From NCBI GenBank assembly GCA_031367385.1, contig JANLPS010000327.1:1-63301 (forward strand): a stretch of 63,301 nt of DNA, read 5' to 3'. The notes under the pieces are model-generated. The model worked only from the letters and a program-made list of their open reading frames with translations. It did no database searches and was not told the origin of the DNA. Shown here in pieces: positions 22,291-31,319 of the stretch. Within the stretch, counting starts at the first letter, position 1. Each line of letters starts with the position of its first letter. A program made the position numbers and the translations under genes. This DNA comes from Archangium sp. (lineage in GTDB: Bacteria; Myxococcota; Myxococcia; Myxococcales; Myxococcaceae).

Positions 22291-22911
22291 CTACTTCTTG
22301 TCAGCGGCAGTGGGCGGAGCGCTCTTCTTCTGCGTGACCACCTCATCGATGAGCCCGTACTGCTTGGCCTCGCTGGCGCCCATGAAGAAGTCGCGGTCGC
22401 AGTCTTTCTCGATGCGCTCGTAGGTGTGGCCAGAATGCTTGCTCAAGATGTCGTACAGCGCCTTGCGCAAGCGCAACATCTCAGCGACCTGAATTTCCAT
22501 GTCTTTCGACTGGCCCTGGGCGCCGCCCAATGGCTGGTGAATCATGATTCGGGCGTTGGGCAACGCGAACCGCTTGCCCTTCGCACCGGCGGCCATCAAC
22601 ACCGCGCCCATCGAGGCCGCTTGCCCGATGCAAATGGTCGAAACCTGCGGCTTGACGTACTGAATGGTGTCGTAAATCGCCAAGCCGGCGGTGACCGAGC
22701 CGCCGGGTGAGTTGACGTAGATGTTGATGTCCTTGTCGGGGTCCTCCGACTCCAAAAAGAGCAGCTGCGCGATGACGATGTTCGCCACGTCGTCGTCGAT
22801 TGCGGTGCCCAACATGATGATGCGGTCTTTGAGAAGACGGCTGTAGATGTCGTACGACCGCTCGCCACGGTGGGTCTGCTCGACGACGTACGGCACTGGC
22901 ATGTAGGGCAT
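22291..22911 (-). CDS. clpP: Clp protease proteolytic subunit
   Basis: [27 protein letters not shown]. Confidence 0.98.
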   Translation of the reverse strand: MPYMPVPYVVEQTHRGERSYDIYSRLLKDRIIMLGTAIDDDVANIVIAQLLFLESEDPDKDINIYVNSPGGSVTAGLAIYDTIQYVKPQVSTICIGQAASMGAVLMAAGAKGKRFALPNARIMIHQPLGGAQGQSKDMEIQVAEMLRLRKALYDILSKHSGHTYERIEKDCDRDFFMGASEAKQYGLIDEVVTQKKSAPPTAADKK

Positions 22912-22932
22912 GGTGCTCTCCTTGGTTGAAAA

Positions 22933-24204
22933 TCAGTACTTCGCGTGCTGTTTGATCAGCGCGACGACCTTGGCTTCGACCGCTCGGTTCTTGAGCACCG
23001 CCAACGACTCGGAGTCTCGAAACTGCTTCTGCACGGCCGCCAGCGGCATGCCGGCATCGTCAGCCATTTCTTGCATCTGCGCCACCACGTCTTCGTCTGA
23101 CGCGGTCATGTTCTCTTGCTTGGCGATGGCCTCGGTCAGCAGCGCGCCGCGCACGTCGACCTCGGCCCGCGGGCGCATGTCGTCGCGCAACGAGTCCCAA
23201 TTCAGGTTGAGCATTCGCGGGTCGATGCCCTGACGCGAGAGGTTGCGGAGCGCCCCCTCGAGCATCGAATCGACCGCGCGCTCGATCATCGCCTTGGGCA
23301 GCTCGAACGCGTTCTTCTCGATCAGCGCTTTGTAGATGTTCTCTCGCTCGTCGCGCCAGGCAGTGGCCTTGGCGGCGCGCTCGAGGTCTGAGCGGGTCTT
23401 GGTGGTGAGCTCGTCGATGGTCTTGGCGCCCATGGTGACCGCGAACGCATCATCGAGCGCCGGAGTCTTCTTGGCCTTGATCGCCTTCACCGTCGCCACG
23501 AACTTGGCGGTCTTGCCCTTCACTTCTTCGACCCGGTAGTCAGCGGGAAACGCGTAGTCGAACTCTTTCTTCTCTGAGACCTTGCCGCCCTCGAGCTGCG
23601 GCAGGTTGCCCTCGACGAGCTGGCCTTCGATGACCTCGACGGTCACGTCACGGCCGGTGTTGCCGGTGAAGACCGCGCCGTCGATGGTGGCGTCGAAGTC
23701 GATGACCGCGAGGTCACCCTTGGCGACCACGGTGCGATCGGTGACGTCTTCGGTGGTGACCCGCGACTGGGCCATGCGGTTGATCTGCTCTTTGACCTTC
23801 TCGTCGCTGACGGCGGTCTCGAACTTGGTGAGCTTCACGCCCTTGTAGTCTTTGGCCGAGACCACGGGCCGCACTTCGACGTTGGCGGTGAAGGCGAAGG
23901 GTTGGCTTGCGACCAGCTTGCCGCCCGACAGGTGCGGGTCGCTGACGGCGTCGACCTTGTTCTCTTTGACGGCCTCGACGAAGGCGTTGAGCTGAACCCG
24001 GCGAACCACGTCGGCCTCGACGTCGCTGCGGTACTTCTGCTCGAGAATGCGGCGGGGGATCTTGCCGGGCCGAAAGCCGGGCAACTTCACCTGAAGGCTC
24101 AGCTGCGTGTAGGCCTGGGTCAGCTCTTTTTCGACCACCGCTGGCTCGACTTCGATCGACAACCGCTTTTCGATCGGCGACACATCTTCGACCTGAACCT
24201 TCAT
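22933..24204 (-). CDS. tig: Trigger factor
   Basis: PGFRPGKIP ribosome-binding motif; FKBP domain; start MKVQVEDVS; directly upstream of clpP. Confidence 0.96.
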   Translation of the reverse strand: MKVQVEDVSPIEKRLSIEVEPAVVEKELTQAYTQLSLQVKLPGFRPGKIPRRILEQKYRSDVEADVVRRVQLNAFVEAVKENKVDAVSDPHLSGGKLVASQPFAFTANVEVRPVVSAKDYKGVKLTKFETAVSDEKVKEQINRMAQSRVTTEDVTDRTVVAKGDLAVIDFDATIDGAVFTGNTGRDVTVEVIEGQLVEGNLPQLEGGKVSEKKEFDYAFPADYRVEEVKGKTAKFVATVKAIKAKKTPALDDAFAVTMGAKTIDELTTKTRSDLERAAKATAWRDERENIYKALIEKNAFELPKAMIERAVDSMLEGALRNLSRQGIDPRMLNLNWDSLRDDMRPRAEVDVRGALLTEAIAKQENMTASDEDVVAQMQEMADDAGMPLAAVQKQFRDSESLAVLKNRAVEAKVVALIKQHAKY

Positions 24205-24238
24205 ACTGCCTCGCTTGGGTAAAGTGACGGAGTGCGAG

Positions 24239-24267
24239 GCTCTACGAGAGCCCCCTGCACCGGTCAA
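24239..24267 (-). promoter_or_regulatory. Candidate sigma70-type promoter of tig-clpP
   Basis: TTGACC-17 nt-TAGAGC on the minus strand. Confidence 0.45.
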
Positions 24268-24363
24268 CGATTCACTTGGCGGGGCTTCATGCATGTGCCC
24301 CGTACTCTACGCGCAGGGTCTGACATCACATCAGGTGATCGGCCAGGCGACCTTCGACAAAGC

Positions 24364-24864
24364 TCACCCACTCAGGCGTTCGCGAATAGCGCGAAGCTCA
24401 GCCTCGACGAGCTTGTCTTTGGCCCGCCCGACGTGGCTCTTGATTGCGATCAAGTCATCGAGCGAGATGACCTTACAGCGCCGACCGAACAACGACATCT
24501 CGACCGCTCGGCTCACGACGTTCGAGTAGTCGCCCACCGGAGGCACGCTCCCCAAGACGTCGAGAACGCCAAGGTCGGTCTGCAGATAGAGATTTTTGAA
24601 GGCGGCAAGATCGTCGGGAGCCCGCTGCACCAGGGGCTTGCCGATGGTTTGATAAAACCGCGGCGCCAGTGGCTGGACCACCGCCATCAACCTTTGAATG
24701 TTCTCAACGGTAAATGGAGCGACGATGTCGATGTCTTTCGTGAATTGCTCGGAGCCATGCGCGACTGCTGCGATGCCCCCGACGACGACCAACTCGACGC
24801 CCGCGTCGACGAGCCGCCCAAGCAGCTCAGGCGTGTTCTGTCGCGGCCGATCTGAGGAGCTCAT
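24364..24864 (-). CDS. Nucleotidyltransferase (AbiEii/DUF6036-like)
   Basis: VVVGGIAAVAHG...TKDIDI (GG plus DxD) and K...GRAKD motifs. Confidence 0.8.
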   Translation of the reverse strand: MSSSDRPRQNTPELLGRLVDAGVELVVVGGIAAVAHGSEQFTKDIDIVAPFTVENIQRLMAVVQPLAPRFYQTIGKPLVQRAPDDLAAFKNLYLQTDLGVLDVLGSVPPVGDYSNVVSRAVEMSLFGRRCKVISLDDLIAIKSHVGRAKDKLVEAELRAIRERLSG

Positions 24865-25054
24865 AGGTCTGAGTCATTTCGTGCAGTTGCAGTAACCGCT
24901 CGTGCGGAGTGAGCGAGAGGTTGTACTCGAGGCGCCCCACGTCGATGCCCATCTCGATCGCCGCGTCCCATGCGGGGCCGTAGCTCGGGTAGGTGCGCCG
25001 CAGCACCTCACGAACGTCAAGGCGATCGCAGTCTTGGGGGTTTCGAGGGTCCAT
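24827..25054 (-). CDS. Small partner protein of the nucleotidyltransferase
   Basis: 75 aa with GIDV..LEYNLSLTPHERL motif; overlaps the NTase start; TAAGCT 9 nt before the ATG. Confidence 0.7.
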   Translation of the reverse strand: MDPRNPQDCDRLDVREVLRRTYPSYGPAWDAAIEMGIDVGRLEYNLSLTPHERLLQLHEMTQTYELLRSAATEHA

Positions 25055-25066
25055 CCTCGAGGGAGC

Positions 25067-26203
25067 TTACTTCTTGCGTCGCGGCAGCGTGAAGAAGAAG
25101 TGAGACCCCTGGTTGGGCTTGCTGTCGCACCAGATGGTGCCGCCGTGCAGCTCGACGAAGCCCTTGGCGATGGCGAGGCCCAGACCGGTGCCTTCGACCG
25201 TCGTGCCGGGCGCACGCCAATACCGGTCGAACAGATACTCGAACCGTTCAGGAGGGATACCCGGGCCGGCATCGGTGACCTCGAAGGTACACGCGTCTGC
25301 GGTGGCCGAGGTTCGCACGGTGACCGCTGAGCCAGGAGGGCTGAACTTGATCGCGTTGCTCAGCAGGTTGGCCAGCACTCGCAGCACGCGGCCGCGGTCG
25401 CACGTGACGGGGCCATCGACCGACGGCGCCTTGGTCACGCGAACGTTCACGGCCTCAGCCAGTGGGGCCGCCATCTCCAACGCTTCGCGAACCAGATCGG
25501 CCGTTTGTTCTTCGTGCAGCTCGAGCTGGGTCGCGCCGGCGCGCAGTCGGCCGGCCTCGAGCAGATCATCGATGAGCTTGTTCATCGTGGCGCTGGCGCG
25601 ATGAATGCGACTCACCGACTTGAGCAGCTCTGGCTTCTTCTCATTCAGGTCATTTGCCGCGAGCTGAGCCGAGAGGTGCGCCGCGCTGCCGTGCACGACG
25701 CTCAGTGGGTTCTTGAGGTCATGCGAGACGAAGGCGAGCACTTCATCTCGGCCCTCTTTGGCCTGCTCGGTGACCCGCAGCGCTTCATTGACCTGCGCCA
25801 AGCTGCTGTTCATGAACTCGACGGCGGCATCGGCGATGGCCAGGTGAATGAACCTGTCGAGCGGGCTGCACTCTTCGAGCGTCAGCTGGTGACCGCCGGC
25901 TTGGGCGATGTCGAGAATCACTTTTCGAAAGAGCGCGTACTCGAGAATGACGCTCTTGAGGTCGTACCCCACGTACCACCGTTGCTCACCGTGCTCCTTC
26001 GCGGCCCTCGAGGCGCGAACCTCTTCGGCGATGCCCGCCTTGAGCACCTCGACCATCTCTTTCAGGTAGAGGTGGAGGTGGTCGACGGCCTCTTCATGCG
26101 TCAACGGCCGCGGCGGGAGCACATGCGAGCGCGTTTCACGCACGAACTGCTCAACGATGCGCGTGGCGTTCTGCTCGATGAGCTCGTGCAGCGATTTCCG
26201 CAT
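25067..26203 (-). CDS. Cytoplasmic sensor histidine kinase with RsbRD-N-like input domain
   Basis: H box VSHDLKNPL, N box NLLSNAIKF, G1 DAGPGI, G2 GTGLGL; N-terminal HGEQR...GY...EY. Confidence 0.9.
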   Translation of the reverse strand: MRKSLHELIEQNATRIVEQFVRETRSHVLPPRPLTHEEAVDHLHLYLKEMVEVLKAGIAEEVRASRAAKEHGEQRWYVGYDLKSVILEYALFRKVILDIAQAGGHQLTLEECSPLDRFIHLAIADAAVEFMNSSLAQVNEALRVTEQAKEGRDEVLAFVSHDLKNPLSVVHGSAAHLSAQLAANDLNEKKPELLKSVSRIHRASATMNKLIDDLLEAGRLRAGATQLELHEEQTADLVREALEMAAPLAEAVNVRVTKAPSVDGPVTCDRGRVLRVLANLLSNAIKFSPPGSAVTVRTSATADACTFEVTDAGPGIPPERFEYLFDRYWRAPGTTVEGTGLGLAIAKGFVELHGGTIWCDSKPNQGSHFFFTLPRRKK

Positions 26204-26328
26204 GGGGTGGTTGTCATATACGCGATGGGCACCGCTGTCGTCAGGCGTCGTTGCTTGCCCCGAACGAGCAGGCGCGCAAAAGCCGCGGCACCCGTGATGG
26301 TGCCGCGGCCAGCCACTTCGGTGCTTTT

Positions 26329-27006
26329 TCAGCTGACCGGTTCAGAGGTCGGCGCGGCCTTCTTCTTCTTCTTGGCCGCCTGCATCGCCTTGTTCACATC
26401 GGCGAAAATCGTGCGGTAGTGCTCGGAGCCTTCGACGAGGTCGGCATAGCGAATGGCGGCCTTCAAGTTCGCCAACGCGCGGCGCCACTGGGCAGGCAGC
26501 GTCAGGTTGCGAGCCTTGACCGCCTCGGAGCGCTCTTGAACGCAGCGTTCGTGCGCGGTCGACGCCTTGCTCATCTGGTCGGCTGCGCGTTCGACCTTGG
26601 CGGCAAGGCGCTTCGACTCGGCCCCGGTGTCGGGGTGAGCGATCACCGCGGCGCCGAGGGCGGTCAGGGTTCTCGATTCGACGAGAACGCCCTGGTTCAC
26701 CAACTTCGAGGGGGCCATCGCGCCGAAGACCTTGAACGGGTTGGCTCGATTGAACCCCTCACCGGCCAACGCCTGTGCAAGCTCGAGGGTCGCTCGATCT
26801 TGCTCTGCGTCTGCCGCCGCGACCGCCTGACTTGCCGCGTGCACCGCGAGCTCCGCGTCGTCGACCAGACGATCGGCTGCCTCGAGGGCTTGGTGGGCTT
26901 TCAAGAAAGGCGGTAACGCCACCTTGATGAGCTTCGACGTCAACGCCTGCAACGGAGCGAGGATCATTCGCCCCATCATCAACAACACTCCAACACTGAT
27001 ACTCAT
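26329..27006 (-). CDS. Hypothetical all-helical Ala-rich protein
   Basis: 225-aa ORF with strong SD AAGGAGGAG (27012-27020); Lys-rich tail. Confidence 0.75.
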   Translation of the reverse strand: MSISVGVLLMMGRMILAPLQALTSKLIKVALPPFLKAHQALEAADRLVDDAELAVHAASQAVAAADAEQDRATLELAQALAGEGFNRANPFKVFGAMAPSKLVNQGVLVESRTLTALGAAVIAHPDTGAESKRLAAKVERAADQMSKASTAHERCVQERSEAVKARNLTLPAQWRRALANLKAAIRYADLVEGSEHYRTIFADVNKAMQAAKKKKKAAPTSEPVS

Positions 27007-27164
27007 ATGAACTCCTCCTTCGACTACGGGTGAGCCCCGCAGACGGCACCCGTGGAGGGATATTCACGACATTGAACGACGAGTGAACCCGAGCCGAATC
27101 AGCAGGTTGCGGCTGGAACCTGAGGGGTTTCGGCTTTCGAAGGCTTCAAATGGGCAAACGCCCA

Positions 27165-27256
27165 GGGGTTCGGGCGACCAACCGCGGTTGAAGTCTCTGG
27201 GCACAGGGGGTTTGGGCCATCAACCGCGGTTGGAGCCTCTGGGACGAGGGGGTTTT
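27165..27256. repeat. Degenerate 42-bp tandem repeat with internal palindrome CAACCGCGGTTG
   Basis: Units 27165-27206 and 27207-27248 plus a partial third; palindromes at 27179-27190 and 27221-27232. Confidence 0.75.
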
Positions 27257-27579
27257 CGCGTTTTGCCGGGCACAGGCTCGCTCGCCCTGGCGTGGGCTTC
27301 GAGCAATGCGGGCTTGAGTTGGGCCAGGGTGACCTTGCCGAGCAAGCAGCGGGTCGCGCCCTGGTCACCCCACTTGTTGTCGAGCTTCTCGAAGGCCGGC
27401 GAAGAGCGCACCAGCACCGCTTGCTGTTCTGGCAACAGCATCAAGTTCACATCGAGGCCGTCGGCCGACAGGGTCGCGAAGGTGCGCCGCGGCGTGCGAA
27501 AGGCGGTGCGGTCGAAGTGAGGCCGCTCTTCGGTCAGCGGCAATGACAAGGCGAGCTTTCGAAACGCAGCGGCGTTCAT
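27220..27579 (-). CDS. MmcQ/YjbR family protein
   Basis: FRKLALSLP...PHFDRTAFR...FATL and WG.QGAT motifs. Confidence 0.85.
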   Translation of the reverse strand: MNAAAFRKLALSLPLTEERPHFDRTAFRTPRRTFATLSADGLDVNLMLLPEQQAVLVRSSPAFEKLDNKWGDQGATRCLLGKVTLAQLKPALLEAHARASEPVPGKTRKPPRPRGSNRG

Positions 27580-28286
27580 GGCCGAGCTCGTCTCGTGCGA
27601 TGCCCATTTGGTTTCACGCGGGAGCGTTCACTGATCAGCGCCGACGGCCGCAATGAAAAGTCGGCGCTGACCATTCGCCATGCGCCATACGGTAGCGTTG
27701 CTCGCATCAAGTACGACCCCCAGCCCTCGAAGCCCTTTGCGAGCGGTGTCTTTTCGCCGTCGTCTTTGCGCATCACGGCGCGCCATCTCGAAACATCGAC
27801 GATTTCTTTCGTTTTGACCTGCCACCCGAGCTCGAGCACAGGCGCCCAGAGATCGCTCAGGGGGTCATGGCGGGCGAGCGTTGCGATGTGGAGTTGCCCC
27901 TGTTCACTGACGACCTCTCGCGTGGCGACATGGGCGAAGGCACTGTTTCGTTCAATCGTCTCGACCGTCTGGGCGTCGAGCCCCAGCAGAGCGGCGAGCG
28001 CCCAAAAGTCGTGATCACCCCGCTCGAGGCGTTGGGCACATCGAACGGCCCATGGCTCGGGGTTCTTTCTCCACCGCTTCCAAAACGGCTCGATGGCATT
28101 GCGCAGCTTCGAGACCTCATGAAGCGCGCCAACGACGTTGATCTGCGCATCAAGCGCATCAGGCGACGCTCTCGCCGCGATGGCCGCCGCATGCAACGCG
28201 AAGTGACCATCACGGTGCGCCCGAGCGGCGAGCGTCTCGAGCTTTGGGTCTGGCGTGAAGGGTATGGTGGGGCTGGTCTCACTCAT
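27576..28286 (-). CDS. Hypothetical protein immediately downstream of tRNA-Leu
   Basis: 236-aa ORF from MSETSP; stop forms an ATGA overlap with the YjbR start; the longer track ORF runs through the tRNA. Confidence 0.6.
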   Translation of the reverse strand: MSETSPTIPFTPDPKLETLAARAHRDGHFALHAAAIAARASPDALDAQINVVGALHEVSKLRNAIEPFWKRWRKNPEPWAVRCAQRLERGDHDFWALAALLGLDAQTVETIERNSAFAHVATREVVSEQGQLHIATLARHDPLSDLWAPVLELGWQVKTKEIVDVSRWRAVMRKDDGEKTPLAKGFEGWGSYLMRATLPYGAWRMVSADFSLRPSALISERSRVKPNGHRTRRARP

Positions 28287-28288
28287 GA

Positions 28289-28370
28289 TGGGCGGGAAGG
28301 GACTCGAACCCTTACTCCTTGCGGAACGGGATTCTAAGCCCCGCGCGGCTACCAATTACGCCACCCGCCC
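28289..28370 (-). tRNA. tRNA-Leu(TAG)
   Basis: GGGCGGG/CCCGCCC acceptor stem; CGGGG-CTTAGAA-TCCCG anticodon arm; long variable arm; GGTTCGAGTCC; CCA not encoded. Confidence 0.95.
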
Positions 28371-28400
28371 CTGCGCCAGGCTCAAATCAGTCTTCTCGGG

Positions 28401-29321
28401 TCAGTGCAACGCCTGCACTGTCGCGGCTTCGGCCCGCGTGAGCAGTTGCTCGGAGGCGGCGATCAGCGCCGAGACCTGGCCGGGGGGGAGCTCGGGGCTG
28501 GCGAGAATCGCCTGACCCTTCTGGTTGAACATCGCGCCTGAGTGCTGCTCGAGCTTCGAAGAGACCAGAACCGGGGCGATTCGCGCCGCATACTGATCGG
28601 TGCTGATCATCACCAGGCCAATCAGCCCTTCGACCAACCGGTGTTTGAAGCTGCCTTCGCCGCCAAGCGCGTTGCTGCGAATGTTCGACTTGATCAGCCC
28701 AGGGTTGAGACCGAAGAAGTTGGCGTTCGGGTAGCGCGCCACCGAATCGAGGACCAAGGCTTCGTTGCCGGCCACCGTGTACATGTGGGTCGCCATCGAC
28801 TCGTAGACCTTCTCGGAGTTCAGGTCTTCGGGGTTGCCCTTCTGCCCGGTGCCGGGGAAGCCCATCACGAACACGCGTGGCTTTGGTGCCGAGGCCGGGC
28901 GGCCCTGCCCTAAGCGCGCTCCGAGCTCGCGCACGATGGTGAGCCGGCTCAGGTAGCTCACCGCGAGGTCGCGCTCGAGGCCTTCGGCCGTCACTTCGCG
29001 CTTGGGCGCCGCGATGATGCCCGAGGTGAGTATCAGCAAGTCGAGCTCTTCGGCCGGGAGCGCTTTCGCCACCCGCCGCGCCTCGCGCATCAAGCTCAGG
29101 TCGGCCTTGACGAACACCAGCCCGGCCATGTTCTGGTCGCGAAAGGTCTGGCCGACGACGGTGACCTGTGCGCCGCGCCGCTCGAGCACCTGAGCGAACG
29201 CCCGCCCGATGCCTCCGGTGCCGCCGACGATCGCCACCTTCTTGCCAGTCAGCTCGAGACTGTCGACGGCAGCCCCTTCGACCTTCAGGTCACTGCGCGG
29301 CACTCCAGAAAATGACTTCAT
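28401..29321 (-). CDS. Short-chain dehydrogenase/reductase-like oxidoreductase
   Basis: IVGGTGGIG Rossmann motif; ADLS; NPGLIKSN; canonical YxxxK not evident. Confidence 0.85.
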   Translation of the reverse strand: MKSFSGVPRSDLKVEGAAVDSLELTGKKVAIVGGTGGIGRAFAQVLERRGAQVTVVGQTFRDQNMAGLVFVKADLSLMREARRVAKALPAEELDLLILTSGIIAAPKREVTAEGLERDLAVSYLSRLTIVRELGARLGQGRPASAPKPRVFVMGFPGTGQKGNPEDLNSEKVYESMATHMYTVAGNEALVLDSVARYPNANFFGLNPGLIKSNIRSNALGGEGSFKHRLVEGLIGLVMISTDQYAARIAPVLVSSKLEQHSGAMFNQKGQAILASPELPPGQVSALIAASEQLLTRAEAATVQALH

Positions 29322-29363
29322 CTGATCTCCATCCTCCCCCTCGCACTGCCATCGAGGGGCGTG

Positions 29364-30323
29364 TCAGTCGTGGTGCACCAGCGAATCGAGAAAGTTTTCG
29401 AGCACCATCGTGGTGCCGGCAGTCTCTTCAATGTACGGAAAGTGCCCTGAGCGCTCCATCGCAATGAATTTGCCGGCCGGCACCGTCGCCGCGAAGACCT
29501 GGCCGTTGTCGAGGCTCAGCTCGCTGTCGGCCGCTCCGTCGAGCACCAGCACCGGCATCGTCAGCTTGCCCGCGAGCTTGAAGGCGTCGAAAGCGAAGAA
29601 GCCGTGGCTCACCAACCCGTCCCACAGCTCGCCGGCCATCAACCCTTTGCCGCCGAGCTCGTCGTTGAGCTGGTCTTGCATCGCCTTGAACAAGAGGAAG
29701 TTCGAGGGCTCGTAGAACATGCGGTTGGGCGAGCTGTGCATGGCGTTGTTGGCGGCCTCGAAGCGCTCGGGCAGACCCTTGCCTGACTTGGCGATGGCGC
29801 GCAGCTTCTCGGCCTCAGCGGGGCTCGCGCCGAGCAGCTTCTTCGCCAGGTTCACCTCGAGGTCTCGCGGGCTCAACAGCGGCGTGCAGAGCACCACCGC
29901 CTTGGTCGCCTCCCGGTGCCGCAGCGCAAACTGCACCGCCGTAGCCGCCCCATTCGAATGCCCGAAGACCGCCCACGAGGCGATGCCCAGCTGCTTTCGA
30001 ATGGCCTCGTCATCGTCGGCGAACTGCTCGAAGGAGTACCCCGTGAGGGCCTTGGGCCGCTCCGAGCGCCCGGCGCCGCGGTAGTCGGTGTAGATGACCG
30101 GCCGTGAGAGGGCGAGCAGTGGCCCGATGGTGCGCTCGAAGGGCCGCGCGGTCTCTCCGGGGCCTCCGTGAATGATCAGAATCGGCAGGCCGGGTTGGGC
30201 CGCGCCCTCGACCCGGTACCAGATCTTCACGCCGCCACTGACGACGAAGCCTTCGCCATCGTGCAACGCCGTACCGCCATCAGCGGCCTGGGTCAGTGTT
30301 GCGAGCAGCGCGAACAGCAGCAT
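29364..30323 (-). CDS. Exported alpha/beta hydrolase (proline iminopeptidase-like)
   Basis: IHGGPG, DYRGAGRS, GHSNG nucleophile elbow, SGHFPY; signal peptide. Confidence 0.88.
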   Translation of the reverse strand: MLLFALLATLTQAADGGTALHDGEGFVVSGGVKIWYRVEGAAQPGLPILIIHGGPGETARPFERTIGPLLALSRPVIYTDYRGAGRSERPKALTGYSFEQFADDDEAIRKQLGIASWAVFGHSNGAATAVQFALRHREATKAVVLCTPLLSPRDLEVNLAKKLLGASPAEAEKLRAIAKSGKGLPERFEAANNAMHSSPNRMFYEPSNFLLFKAMQDQLNDELGGKGLMAGELWDGLVSHGFFAFDAFKLAGKLTMPVLVLDGAADSELSLDNGQVFAATVPAGKFIAMERSGHFPYIEETAGTTMVLENFLDSLVHHD

Positions 30324-30337
30324 GGAGCCCTTCGAAA

Positions 30338-30373
30338 CACGAAAGGCCGGCGCTCTCTCGAGACACCGGCCCC
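30338..30373 (-). terminator. Hairpin after tRNA-Lys, probable intrinsic terminator or processing stem
   Basis: GGCCGGTG-TCT-CGAG-AGA-G-CGCCGGCC followed by TTTCGTGTTT on the minus strand. Confidence 0.55.
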
Positions 30374-30379
30374 TCGCAA

Positions 30380-30452
30380 TGAAAGCGGTCGGAATCGAAC
30401 CGACAACCTATGGATTAAGAGTCCATTGCTCTGCCAATTGAGCTACGCTTCC
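30380..30452 (-). tRNA. tRNA-Lys(CTT)
   Basis: GGAAGCG/CGCTTTC acceptor stem; ATGGA-CTCTTAA-TCCAT; GGTTCGATTCC. Confidence 0.95.
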
Positions 30453-30505
30453 CAATCGTCTGGCGGGCGGGCCTATAAAGCTCCGTCGCCTTACCTGTCA
30501 AACCC

Positions 30506-31315
30506 TTATTTCTTCACCTTCACCGGCTTCGGAGCCGGAAGCGGCGTGACTTCGGGCGCTTGGCGCACCAACAGCCACACGCCCACTCCGAAAAGAACCA
30601 TCACGATGTACTGCGCCGGCGTGAGCCCCGCGTAGCGACGGTCGACGAAGCCCAGGTCTGACGCGCGCAAGAAGTCTAAGAAGAAACGGCTCGCCGAGTA
30701 GGTCACCGCCAGCGTGCCCATCAGACGGCCCTGGCGAGGGCGGTAACGCGCCAAGAAGTAGAGCAGCGCGGTGATCGCCGTCAAAACGAACATGTCGTAG
30801 AGGCCCAGGTCGTGCCGCGGGCCTCCATACATGCGCACGGGGAAATCGACGGCCAGGGGGAAGTCGGTGCGCACGCCGGGGTGGTCGTGCACGAGGAAGC
30901 AGCCGATGCGGGCGACGGCCCAGCCTGGCGTGGCCCCGAGCGCGAGCGCGTCGATGTAGCGCGAGAATGGCGTCTTGATGCGGTGAAAGTAGATGCCGAT
31001 GCCGATGAGCGAGCCCAGCACGCCGCCCATTGACGAGAGGCCGTCCCAGAAGCGCAGGGGGAGGCTCCAGTCGTTGACGAGGAGCTCGGGGTGGTAGGCG
31101 AAGATGTGCATGAAGTGCCCGCCGTACAGGCCGAACATCACCGCCCAAGTCACCAAGCCGCGCGCGGGCTCGTCGTCGCCAGGCCAGTACTTGCGTGCCG
31201 CACGGGCAGCCAGCGTGGCGCCGGTCATGACGCCCGCGGCCGAGAGCACGCCGAAAATGTCGATCTTCTGCCCGAGGGGCAGCTCAAGCCGGGGCAGTTC
31301 GAAAAACGGGATCAT
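30506..31315 (-). CDS. lgt: Prolipoprotein diacylglyceryl transferase family protein
   Basis: WDGLSSMGG, ARIGCFLVHDHPG, RHDLGLYD, RFFLDFLR, LTPAQY; start MIPFF (the track start lies inside tRNA-Arg). Confidence 0.85.
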   Translation of the reverse strand: MIPFFELPRLELPLGQKIDIFGVLSAAGVMTGATLAARAARKYWPGDDEPARGLVTWAVMFGLYGGHFMHIFAYHPELLVNDWSLPLRFWDGLSSMGGVLGSLIGIGIYFHRIKTPFSRYIDALALGATPGWAVARIGCFLVHDHPGVRTDFPLAVDFPVRMYGGPRHDLGLYDMFVLTAITALLYFLARYRPRQGRLMGTLAVTYSASRFFLDFLRASDLGFVDRRYAGLTPAQYIVMVLFGVGVWLLVRQAPEVTPLPAPKPVKVKK

Positions 31316-31319
31316 CTTG

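Noticed and set aside
27165..27256. Possible mini-CRISPR array (palindromic repeats at regular spacing)
   Set aside because: Only two palindromes, the intervening sequences resemble each other rather than being unique spacers, and there are no cas genes
24205..28289. Prophage or genomic island integrated at tRNA-Leu
   Set aside because: No integrase and no duplicated tRNA 3' end found by eye near tig
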